From the NCBI GenBank assembly GCA_050115495.1, contig JASFQK010000034.1:1-64000 (forward strand): 64,000 nt of DNA, read 5' to 3'. Below, piece after piece: positions 1 through 8,987 of this stretch. The DNA is from Phycisphaerae bacterium. GTDB taxonomy: Bacteria > Planctomycetota > Phycisphaerae > UBA1845 > Fen-1342. The notes under the pieces were generated by a model, which was not told the origin of the DNA, searched no databases, and worked only from the letters and a program-made list of their open reading frames with translations. The position numbers were made by a program, and so were the translations under genes. The number at the start of each line of letters is the position of its first letter. Position 1 is the stretch's first letter.

Positions 1-187
1 CGATTGCACCCTTGACAACCAAAGCGCCTTTCATGAATAGGGCGGGTTTCACCCGCTGATCGCTCGGCCGCCAGGACAACGCTTGCTCCACGTCAAACGA
101 CACTGAGTAACGAACCAAACGGCGGGCAGACCGTTTCCCGAGAACGCGAAGGCCACGCGCTGGCTATGGGCGTGTGCTGAGGCGACA

Positions 188-2938
188 ATGATCGACATGA
201 CGCTATCTGTCGCTCTCTGTTGCCTAATGTTGGTGCCGCAGGCTCCGCCGGAACCGCGGGTGCAGCGGCTCTCGAACGGCCTGCGTGTGGTCATCGTCGA
301 ACGGCACGCCGTGCCGCTGGTGAGCGTGCAGCTTTGGTATGGCACGGGGTCGGCGGCGGAAGGGACACTGCATGGCTTGTGTCACGTGGCACGGACGGCG
401 CTCGAACACCGCGACGATGCGGCGTTGCGCCTGCGGGCGGCCGGCGTGCAGTTCACGTCGCGAACGCTGCCGGACGCGTGCTGCTTCTGCTCAACGGCGC
501 CGCTGGAACTGTTCGATTTTGTCCTGGACATCGAAGCCCGCCGGCTGCGGCCGTTTACGCTGACCGGCGAAGCACTGGAACGGGCGCGGCAGGCTGCCGC
601 CCGTACGCCCGGGTCGGCGACCATCGGCGTGCGTGGGCCGGTCGAGCGCGAGCTGCTGGCCGCCGCGTACGCGGGCCATCCGTACGGCCACCATCCGGAG
701 CTCGTCGTCGACCGGCTGGCACGGCTCGATGTGGACGATGTCGCGGAATTCATGGAACGTTGGTTTGTGCCCGGCAACGCCACGCTCGTGATCGTCGGAG
801 ACGTCAGCGAGGTGGCGGTGCTGGAGCAGGTTCGCCGCCGGTTTGGGGAGGTGCCCTGGGCCGAGCCGCCGCGCCAGCCGGAACCGCCGGCGCTCGCCGA
901 CGCCAGCGTGCACCAGTCTGCGCCAGCCGGCGACACGCCGCGACTGGACGTCGCCTGGTGCACGCCGCGGGCGGGGTTGTTCGAGAACGCCGCCCTCGAT
1001 GTCCTGATGCAACACCTGACTAACCCGGTCGATGGCACGCTCGTGGCAGCACTGGCCGGCCGCGGGGCGACGATCCGTTCCTGGCGGCGAAAGAGCTGGG
1101 ACGACGGCGGGCTACTGCGGCTGAGTGTCGAGCTGTCGCCGGAGGGGGCGACGGCTGCGGAGGTCGAACGGGCGATTCGGGCCGAGCTCGAACGCGTCGC
1201 GAACGCGGTGCCGGCGGAGGTCGCGCTGAACCGGGCGCGGTCGCTGGCGGCGGGTGCCGTTCGGCGGTCGCGGGCGGGATTCGCGGATGCGGCGTTCAAC
1301 CTCGGCTGGCACGAATTGGTGCCCGGCGACGTCCTGCTGGCGGATTACGAACTGCCGCGCGTGCTGAGCGTGACCGCCGGCGATCTCCAGGAGGCGGCGC
1401 TCGAACTGCTCGCCGCCCGCAGCGTCTGGCGCGGGCCGGGGCTGAGAGCAAGTGAAGCGGCCCCTCAACACAGGGTGGGGCAGGCGTCTCGCCTGCCGTC
1501 TTCTCCCCGAAATGAGGAAATGTCGGGCGGGACGCCCGACCCACCCGACTCACCCGAGGCTGATTCGCAGGTTCGGATGCCCGACCTACCCGAGAATGGT
1601 CCGCGAGCCTTGACGCCGGCGGAGGGTGAATCGGCGGAGACGCCGGCGCTGCCGACATTGCTGGTGCCGAAGAAGGCGGAACGGCTGGATGTGCCCGAGG
1701 CGCTGGCGCTGCTGGAGGTGTCGGCCGCGGATGCGCCGCTCGTGCACTCGCCGACGTCGCCGCCAACCGTGAGTCGATTTGAGCCGGTTGCCGGCGTGCG
1801 GTTGGTCGTTTGTCCGCTCGCTGGCGTCGGCGTGGTCGAGGTGGTGACGCTGGGATGGCCTGCGGGCGCGATGTGGGAGGTTGCGGCCTCGCCATTGTGC
1901 GGCGGCTCGACGCGGCATTCCGCCGAGCAGGTCCGCGATTACCTGTCGTACCACGGGATTACGTTCCGGTGCGTGGACGGGCGCTGCCAGAGCGGCCTGC
2001 GCGGCCAGGGCCCGCCGGACCGCGTGGCGCAGATGGTCGAGTTGCAGGCCGAGTTGCTGCGCTGGCCTGCAGAGCAGGCCGAAGCTACGAAGAGTCTGCG
2101 CGACGTGCTGATCGTGGTCGTAGGCGACGTGCGGCCGGCGGACATCGCCGAGGCGGCGAAGCTGGTGTGGGGCGACTGGAAGGAGCCGACCGCCGAGGTG
2201 CCCGACGGCACGAGCGATTCTCTGAAGTCGGTGGGTTGGCAGACCCCCGTCGGCCAGGACGTGTACACGCTCTATGCCGAGTTCCTCAATCTGGCCGACA
2301 TTCCCCAGCCCCGGCGACGGCTGCTGTTCGACGTGGCGACGCGGATGTTCGGCGGGCCCGAGCAGGGCGTGTTCGAGTCGGCGTGGATCGACGGCGAGCG
2401 CAGGTGGAGCTGGACGGCTACCGGCGGCAGTTGGCTCGAAGCAGCGGTCCTATGCGCGGACACGGGAACTGTCGCGGATTCGGCGAGTGATGCGGGAGGG
2501 TCAGGTGGCACGGATGGCTTGCCGGGTGCCACTGGTGGCTTGCTCACCAGTGTTCCAACGTCTGGCAGCCCGGCCGCCGGGGAAGGAGAACGCGAAGGGA
2601 GCGTCGTACTCCGCATGATGTGCCTGCACATCGACCGGTTGCGCCTGGAGCGCATGGCGGCGGAGATCGTGCCGCCGGCGGTGCGGCTGGCACGGGCGGA
2701 GCGGCTGATCCGACTGGGCGAGCCGGCGTTCGTCGCCGAACTGCTTGCCGCCGGCGTCGAAAACCCGTGGGATCTCGTGGATTCGTGCGGGTTGGCGGAG
2801 ATTGTCGCCGATCTGCCCGCCGTGTTCCGCGAGCCGCGGTCCGGCTCCGACAGCCGCACGCCGAAGGCCTGGCGTCAGCGGCTCGAACGGCTCAGCGAGT
2901 CGGCCGCCGACACCGTCCGTCCGCCGGCCTCGCCATAG
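188..2938 (+). CDS. M16 (insulinase/PqqL-like) peptidase family protein, probably catalytically inactive
   Basis: Signal-like N-terminus, then LSNGLRVVIVERHAVPLVSVQLWYGTGS, HPYGH and WFVPGNATLVIVGD motifs typical of M16. The HxxEH site reads GLCHVART. Confidence 0.8.
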   Translation: MIDMTLSVALCCLMLVPQAPPEPRVQRLSNGLRVVIVERHAVPLVSVQLWYGTGSAAEGTLHGLCHVARTALEHRDDAALRLRAAGVQFTSRTLPDACCFCSTAPLELFDFVLDIEARRLRPFTLTGEALERARQAAARTPGSATIGVRGPVERELLAAAYAGHPYGHHPELVVDRLARLDVDDVAEFMERWFVPGNATLVIVGDVSEVAVLEQVRRRFGEVPWAEPPRQPEPPALADASVHQSAPAGDTPRLDVAWCTPRAGLFENAALDVLMQHLTNPVDGTLVAALAGRGATIRSWRRKSWDDGGLLRLSVELSPEGATAAEVERAIRAELERVANAVPAEVALNRARSLAAGAVRRSRAGFADAAFNLGWHELVPGDVLLADYELPRVLSVTAGDLQEAALELLAARSVWRGPGLRASEAAPQHRVGQASRLPSSPRNEEMSGGTPDPPDSPEADSQVRMPDLPENGPRALTPAEGESAETPALPTLLVPKKAERLDVPEALALLEVSAADAPLVHSPTSPPTVSRFEPVAGVRLVVCPLAGVGVVEVVTLGWPAGAMWEVAASPLCGGSTRHSAEQVRDYLSYHGITFRCVDGRCQSGLRGQGPPDRVAQMVELQAELLRWPAEQAEATKSLRDVLIVVVGDVRPADIAEAAKLVWGDWKEPTAEVPDGTSDSLKSVGWQTPVGQDVYTLYAEFLNLADIPQPRRRLLFDVATRMFGGPEQGVFESAWIDGERRWSWTATGGSWLEAAVLCADTGTVADSASDAGGSGGTDGLPGATGGLLTSVPTSGSPAAGEGEREGSVVLRMMCLHIDRLRLERMAAEIVPPAVRLARAERLIRLGEPAFVAELLAAGVENPWDLVDSCGLAEIVADLPAVFREPRSGSDSRTPKAWRQRLERLSESAADTVRPPASP
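1473..1591. repeat. Cluster of GTAG/GTGG-type REP-like palindromes inside the M16 CDS
   Basis: GGGTGGGGCAGGCGTCTCGCCTGCC (1473-1497), an inverted copy GTCGGGCGGGACGCCCGACCCACCC (1522-1546), and a degenerate third copy ending CCGACCTACCC (~1591). Confidence 0.7.
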
Positions 2939-2986
2939 GTGGGTTGCCGTCTATAATGCCGGGCCGAGCCCTGGGCTGAGACCCGG

Positions 2987-3297
2987 GATTTGAGATCTCA
3001 GATTTGAGATTTCAGATCAAGGCCGCCGTGTGTGCCACTGCTCTTGAGCAGTGCGTTGCGGAGCCCGGACGCCATGGTTGTGTGGCATGCCGAAGCGCAG
3101 CGCCGGCATGTTGGCCCCGAGGCGAGGAGAAGACATGCCGGTGCCTGAGGCTTCAGCATGCCACACTCGCGACGCGGCGTTGTTCGTACTCGACGTCGGC
3201 CACAGGGGGCCGACGCTACGAAGAGGGCCGGCACGCGAGCCAACGGCCTCCGGCTCAAGGCTCAAGGCTGATGGCTGACGGCTGACGGCTAACGGCT
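2987..3297. repeat. Intergenic repeat cluster: heptamer tandem repeats and REP-like palindromes
   Basis: GATTTGA/GATTTCA heptamers (2987-3017); GTGCCACTGCTCTTGAGCAGTG; inverted pair GTGTGGCATGCCG...CATGCCACAC; CGTCGGCC-N6-GGCCGACGCTAC; GGCTCAA/GGCTGAC heptamers (3252-3297). Confidence 0.7.
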
Positions 3298-3350
3298 CCC
3301 CAATGCCGTTCGTCACGGAACCTGAACATCACACACGCTGGAGCGCAGCG

Positions 3351-4670
3351 ATGATCGATATTAAGCGGATTCGCGAAACGCCGGACATCGTCAAGAAGGC
3401 GGCGCGCGACAAGAACCTCCCGTTCGACGTGGACCAGGTGCTCGAGTTGGACAACCGGCGGCGGGCGCTCGAGACCGAGTGGAACAACCTGCGTCACGAG
3501 CAGCGCACCGCTGGCGAGCAGATCGCCAAGGCGAGTAAGGAGGAGAAGGCCGCGCTCAGCCAGGCCATGGGCAAGCTCAAAGGCCGGCTGAAGGGGCTCG
3601 AAGAGCAGCGGCAGCAGGCCGACGCCGAGTTGCAGGAGCTGATGCTGCTCGCCCCACAGATCCCGCACCCGGAAGCCCCCATCGGGCCCGACGCCAGCGG
3701 GAACGTCGAGGTCCGGCGGGTCGGCACGCCGCCGGCGGCGGACCGGTTCGGCGACAGCTTCAAGGACCACGTGGACCTGGGCGAGGCGCTGCGGCTGTTC
3801 GACGTCGAGCGTGGCGTGAAGCTGGCCGGCTCGCGCAACTACGTGCTGACCGGCGCTGGCGCCGAGCTGCACGAGGCCGTGTTGCGGCTGGCGTGGGACA
3901 TCATGCTGTCGCGGAGCTTCGAGCCGCCGGCGCAGCCGGGTCGCAAGCTGCAATTCGTCCCGTTGACCGTACCGGCCCTGGTGAACAACAGCCTCATGTA
4001 CGGCACCGGCTTCTTCCCGCTGCACCGCGAAGAGGTGTACATCTGCGAGCGCGACGACCAGGCCCTGGTCGGCACGGCGGAAGTCCCCGTTACCGGTCTG
4101 CACGGCGACGAGATCCTGCCCGCCGAGGAGCTGCCCAGGCTGTACTTCGCCCGCAGCACGTGTTTCCGCCGGGAGGCGGGGGCCGGCGGTAAGGACACCC
4201 GCGGGCTCTACCGCATCCACTTCTTCGACAAGATCGAGCAGGTGGTGGTCTGCCGGGCGGACGCGGACGAGGCGGCGTTCTGGCACGAGGTGATCGTGAG
4301 CAACGCCGAGGCGGTGCTCACGGCGCTGGAGTTGCCGTATCGCGTCGTCGAAGTCTGCACGGGCGACATGGGCCAGAGCAAGTTCCGCATGTACGACATC
4401 GAGACGTGGATGCCCAGCCGCGGCGACTACAGCGAGACACACTCGGCGAGCAGCTTCCACGACTTCCAGGCCCGCCGGCTGAACCTGCGCTATCGCGACG
4501 AGGCCAGCGGCAAGCCGGAGTTCTGCTACACGCTCAACAACACCGTCGTGGCCAGCCCGCGCATCCTCATCCCACTGCTGGAGATGAACCAGAACGCGGA
4601 CGGCAGCATCACGATTCCCGCAGCGCTGCGCAAATACCTGTCCGGCCGGGAGCGCATCGGCGGAGCGTAG
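3351..4670 (+). CDS. serS: Seryl-tRNA synthetase
   Basis: MIDIKRIRE start, N-terminal coiled coil, LVGTAEV, CFRREAG..GKDTRGLYRIHFFDKIEQ, YDIETWMPS, DFQARRL, YTLNNT motifs. Confidence 0.97.
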   Translation: MIDIKRIRETPDIVKKAARDKNLPFDVDQVLELDNRRRALETEWNNLRHEQRTAGEQIAKASKEEKAALSQAMGKLKGRLKGLEEQRQQADAELQELMLLAPQIPHPEAPIGPDASGNVEVRRVGTPPAADRFGDSFKDHVDLGEALRLFDVERGVKLAGSRNYVLTGAGAELHEAVLRLAWDIMLSRSFEPPAQPGRKLQFVPLTVPALVNNSLMYGTGFFPLHREEVYICERDDQALVGTAEVPVTGLHGDEILPAEELPRLYFARSTCFRREAGAGGKDTRGLYRIHFFDKIEQVVVCRADADEAAFWHEVIVSNAEAVLTALELPYRVVEVCTGDMGQSKFRMYDIETWMPSRGDYSETHSASSFHDFQARRLNLRYRDEASGKPEFCYTLNNTVVASPRILIPLLEMNQNADGSITIPAALRKYLSGRERIGGA

Positions 4671-4780
4671 ACCCGCCTCCGGATCACGGCCGGCGAAGGA
4701 AATGACCGCGCGTTCCTCTCACGCGACTCGGCGTGGTGGGGCCTGCGCCGCATGCGACGTCGGGCCGCGGTGCACGCTGC

Positions 4781-6574
4781 TCAAGGACTGCCGGCAAGTA
4801 GGGACACGAACGGGGCGATGTCGAAGTTGTCCACGACACCGTCGCCGTTGATGTCACCGTTCATGTGGTTGCAGTCGGGATAAGCGGCGTAATATTCCGG
4901 ATAATCCGGCGGCGTGGCCGTGAGCGCCTGGACGAACGGCTTGATATCGAAGTTGTTCACCGCGCCGTCGCAGTTCACATCACCCGCGATGCCCGGCAGC
5001 CACGTCGCGAAGACGCCGTAGTTCGGACCGAACAACCCGCCCTCACCCTCGAAGCAGAGCAGCACGTCGCCGGCGTCGGTGCCGGTTTCCTGCATGAACG
5101 CCTGGTACGTGGTCGGGATATCGAGCAGATCGGGCGACCAGGTCGTGCCGTCGAAGAGGGCGGAAGTAATCTGGAACTCGCCCGCCTGCGCGCCGCGGAA
5201 CGTGGCCACGGCGTGGTCGCCGCCGCGGAAGGCGATGCGCGTCCGTGTCGTGATCGTGCTGGTGTCCGAGTACGCAACCGAGGGCGTCTGCCAACTGCCA
5301 GTGGCGCCGTCGAAGAGCAGGGTCCAGACGTTGTCGAGCCCGGTCGTGTGGATCTCGCAGCGCTGGAACACCAGGAACGTGTCGCCGGTGGGACCCGTCG
5401 CGCCGCCGGCGAAGTTCTGGAGGTCGGCGTCATCCACGTTCGCCGGCAGAAGCGGGTCGGCACGCTGCCAGACGCCCGCGGCGGTGCGGTTGGCCTGAAT
5501 GCTGCCATCGCCAATCTCGTAGCAGACGGTGGCTTCGCCGGCGCGGTTCGCCACGGCGAGCAGCCGCGTGAACGGCCCGATGCCGCCGGGGAAAGACGCC
5601 CCGTCCGACTGGTCGAGATGCACGCCGGCCAGCCAGGTCTTCGTCGCCGAGTCGAAGCGGTGAGCGTAGATGCCGGGCGTGGCGGTGCCCGAGCTGACCC
5701 AGTAGAGGGCGTAGATGGCTGTGCCGTCCTCGTTCTGCACCAGCGTCGGCAGCCGGGCCGTGCTGTCGGCCGGCGAGAGTTGCGTGGCCGCCGCCCACGT
5801 GCCGGCGTCGGCGTCGTAAATCGCCGTGTACATTGTCGAGTTGTTCGGCGGGCCGTCGAAGGACACGATCACGTTGCCGTCGCTGTCGGCGGCCACCTCC
5901 GGCGACTGGAAGAACGCCCCGGAGTAGGGCGTCTCCGGCGATGTCCAGCCGGTGCCGGGGATGTAGCGGATGATCTGGATCTGCTGCGAACTGGCCAGGC
6001 GGCGGTACATGACGATGACTTCGTCGTCGGGCGTGATGGTAATGCCGCAACGGCCGATGTAGTTCGTCGTTTCGAGCAGGACATCGGCCGGCTGCCACGT
6101 TCCCGTGTGGCCATCCGAACGTCTGACCGTTATGGTCTTGCCGCTGGAAGCACTATGCACGATCAGCAGCCAGGCGTTGCCCTCACTGTCGAAGACGGGT
6201 CCGTAGGCCGAGTCCGATTCGCCGTCGCCGGGAGCGGGGCGGAGTTGAGCGAGCGCTTGCCACGCCGACTCGCGCGACAGCGGGTCAAGCCACGGGCGGA
6301 CGGCGGGATCGCCCAGGCGCAGCACCAGGCGACCGCTGTCGTCGAGGAGCATGGCCCGGTCGATCAGCGTGCCGGTACCGTCGGCGTACTCGGCGACCGG
6401 CCAGGGTTGATCCGCGTGGAAGACCCACGCCGGCTGCCCATCAGGCAGCGTGCAGGTCACACGTCCGTCGGGGCTGGTGGACAGCGCCGGCGATGCCGTC
6501 TGGCCGGCGACGGTCACGCAGCAAGTCAGGGCGATACCCAGGACCACCGTCAGAAGCACTTTGCGCGTCTGCAT
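4781..6574 (-). CDS. Secreted beta-propeller-like protein with C-terminal dockerin-like EF-hand pair
   Basis: Signal peptide MQTRKVLLTVVLGIALTCC after a GGAGG RBS. C-terminal GDVNCDGAVNNFDIKPFV...GDINGDGVVDNFDIAPFVSLL. Confidence 0.75.
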   Translation of the reverse strand: MQTRKVLLTVVLGIALTCCVTVAGQTASPALSTSPDGRVTCTLPDGQPAWVFHADQPWPVAEYADGTGTLIDRAMLLDDSGRLVLRLGDPAVRPWLDPLSRESAWQALAQLRPAPGDGESDSAYGPVFDSEGNAWLLIVHSASSGKTITVRRSDGHTGTWQPADVLLETTNYIGRCGITITPDDEVIVMYRRLASSQQIQIIRYIPGTGWTSPETPYSGAFFQSPEVAADSDGNVIVSFDGPPNNSTMYTAIYDADAGTWAAATQLSPADSTARLPTLVQNEDGTAIYALYWVSSGTATPGIYAHRFDSATKTWLAGVHLDQSDGASFPGGIGPFTRLLAVANRAGEATVCYEIGDGSIQANRTAAGVWQRADPLLPANVDDADLQNFAGGATGPTGDTFLVFQRCEIHTTGLDNVWTLLFDGATGSWQTPSVAYSDTSTITTRTRIAFRGGDHAVATFRGAQAGEFQITSALFDGTTWSPDLLDIPTTYQAFMQETGTDAGDVLLCFEGEGGLFGPNYGVFATWLPGIAGDVNCDGAVNNFDIKPFVQALTATPPDYPEYYAAYPDCNHMNGDINGDGVVDNFDIAPFVSLLAGSP

Positions 6575-6905
6575 TTTCGTCCTCCTGTGTAGCTGCGTGG
6601 GGGTTGGATGACGCCCGACATGGCGGCTTCGCCGCATCGTGCCCCCATGTAGCCCCATTGCCCGTGGCGCCGCGCCGGTCCGGCTGGGCCGCACACGCGG
6701 CTGACACCACACCGCACAGTATAGCAAATCCATAGGGCATATGACAGCGCCGGCGACGGTTGCCGCGCGGACACTGGCAATACGCGTATCTTCAAGTGAT
6801 TCGGAAATGAAGCCTGGCGGCGGCCTGGTTACAATACTCGCCGGCGTCGCCGTGTTGGCCGAAGCCGGGCGCAGACTTGGGGACCATAGCTGTGGGGAGA
6901 TTCGC

Positions 6906-7550
6906 ATGACACAACGACGGCTGGAGCCGCGAGGGCTGGCCATGAGTCTGGTCCTGCACAGCATCGAGGAGGTTGTGCGGAGCAGGTGCGGCGGAGGCCG
7001 GGCCCCGCAGGCGATCGAGATTTCGCCGGAGATGTTGGCCGAAGCGCGAGAGAAGGCGCTCGGCGAGGCCGATCGCGTGTTCGTTCTGCCCGAAGACGAA
7101 CGCGTGCCGACGGAGGCGCTCGCGGCCGTGATCCGGGACGCCGGGCTGCCGGAGTTGGCTGCATACGTTCGCGAGACGGCGGACTACCGCCGGGGCGGAG
7201 AGCGCATGGCGTCTGTCCTCAGCGTGACAGCAGAGGAAACGGTGTTGTTCCTGCTCATCGCTGCGTCGAACGAAGCCCGCATGACCGGCGGCGTGCGCAC
7301 GCTTCGCTCGTCCGGTTGGCTGCTCCGCTGCGTCGGGGCCTGGTCGTACAAAGCCTCGCTGCGCAACCCGAAGTCGCGGATGGTGAAGCTAGCCGAGTGG
7401 TTGTATGACCTGTCTCGCGGGCTGCGCGTTGGTGTGGTGATGTTGCCCTATCGCCTCAAAGGCTGGCGGCGGATGCCGACGCGACCTTCGGGCCCGGGCC
7501 CGCAGACCGGCGGAGAGGCAGCGGATGGCCCTCCTTCAGGCGCAGTGTAG
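6906..7550 (+). CDS. Hypothetical protein
   Basis: Open frame with GGGGAG RBS before MTQRR; no recognisable motif; start uncertain. Confidence 0.5.
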   Translation: MTQRRLEPRGLAMSLVLHSIEEVVRSRCGGGRAPQAIEISPEMLAEAREKALGEADRVFVLPEDERVPTEALAAVIRDAGLPELAAYVRETADYRRGGERMASVLSVTAEETVLFLLIAASNEARMTGGVRTLRSSGWLLRCVGAWSYKASLRNPKSRMVKLAEWLYDLSRGLRVGVVMLPYRLKGWRRMPTRPSGPGPQTGGEAADGPPSGAV

Positions 7551-8034
7551 CTGGCTCAGCGGCCCGCGAGCGGTCTCGCGGAGCCCGGGCGTCGCCCACG
7601 CCGGGAAATGATCGAATCTCGATACGAATACGTCTTCGCCAGCGAGGGCCTATAGGGGGGATGAAGGGGTACGGGACATAAGTCATTTCATGGTTGGATG
7701 TTAAGGTGTACATGCCATGTTTCTGTGCCTGCATAACCGTCCGCCATCCGAGCGAAATTAAATGATCGTGTCATGAGGAATTTGCTTGCAATTCCCTCGG
7801 CGTCCTGGGTAGGATGAGTGCAGTTACCCGGCAAGTTCTGCGGCGTCGACGGGATGCCGCGGCGGGGCAGGCCGGGCGGCGGAGTAGTGCAAGTCGCCTG
7901 TTCCGTCCCAGGGTAGGGCAATGAGGCGGCCCGGAAACGTGCTCTCCGGCGACAGGAGTGACGCCGGCGGCGAAACGGGCCCATGTCTCGCGGCCCACGC
8001 GCTCGGCGTGGGCGGCCAATGCAGGAGGTTAGGA

Positions 8035-8637
8035 ATGCGAAGACTGTTGGTCGTAGTCACACTGCTGGCGGTCAGCACCGCGCTTGCCGAGAACGTCTAC
8101 GAAGACCCGATGGACGTGGCGCCCGGCGGCTGGGGTTCCGATGTGACCGTGATTACTGAAGGCGATCGCACGTTCACGCGGGCGTACAACTTCTGGTCGG
8201 ATCCTCCGGGACCGTGGTTCTACGTGAACAAGTGGGCCGGCGGCGAGGTCGATATCAGCCAGGCCATTCGCTTCGAGTGCGACATCCGCTTCCACCAGGA
8301 AGGCTCGAACCCCTACGCCAACGCCTGGCTCGGCATACGGCTCGGCACGCCTGACGTTGAGAACTGGGGCGAGTACTTCCAAGACCCGCTCATCGTCATC
8401 GGCGTCGAGCCCCCGGACAGTGTGGGTGACGAGTGGATCCACGTCGGCTTCGATCTCACGCTGGCCGATCCGTGGATGGATCGGGTCCACTTCGACGGCT
8501 TCGAGTTCTTCGGGTCGTACGACAACGACGCCCCGACGGTCGACTACGTGGACATCGATAGCGTCGTCTTCACGCCGGAACCGAACGCTCTTCTCCTTCT
8601 CGGCCTGGGGTTGACCGCGGTTTTGCGCCGTCGTTAG
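8035..8637 (+). CDS. Secreted PEP-CTERM protein
   Basis: Signal peptide MRRLLVVVTLLAVSTALA; C-terminal TPEP-hydrophobic-RRR. Confidence 0.85.
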   Translation: MRRLLVVVTLLAVSTALAENVYEDPMDVAPGGWGSDVTVITEGDRTFTRAYNFWSDPPGPWFYVNKWAGGEVDISQAIRFECDIRFHQEGSNPYANAWLGIRLGTPDVENWGEYFQDPLIVIGVEPPDSVGDEWIHVGFDLTLADPWMDRVHFDGFEFFGSYDNDAPTVDYVDIDSVVFTPEPNALLLLGLGLTAVLRRR

Positions 8638-8987
8638 CCGCCACATCCAGACTACCTGCCGTGCAGTCCTGCCCGGCAGATGAGACGGGGCCCGTGTGCG
8701 TTGAGGCGCCGCCACGGGCCTGCGGTCTGCGCTGAGCTCGCCGTCTCATTTACGGAGGGCCGCCGTTCACCTCTGAAGAGCCGGAAATCGGCGCGTGCCC
8801 GCCATCAGGCCGGGTACATTGCTTGACTTTGGCTATCGGAACTGCGTAGCACGGTTGCCAGGAGTCTCAGTCTGGGACGCCGGGAGGCAACGGTCGACGC
8901 GACGGTGAGGGTCACCGTTCGTAAGTGGGGTACAGTTCACAAATAAGACCACACGCTGACGCACTTTCGCGGGAAGGAGAAGCTGCT

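Noticed and set aside
7600..7800. AT-rich intergenic stretch as an RNA gene or mobile element end
   Set aside because: Only an imperfect palindrome; most simply the promoter region of the PEP-CTERM gene.
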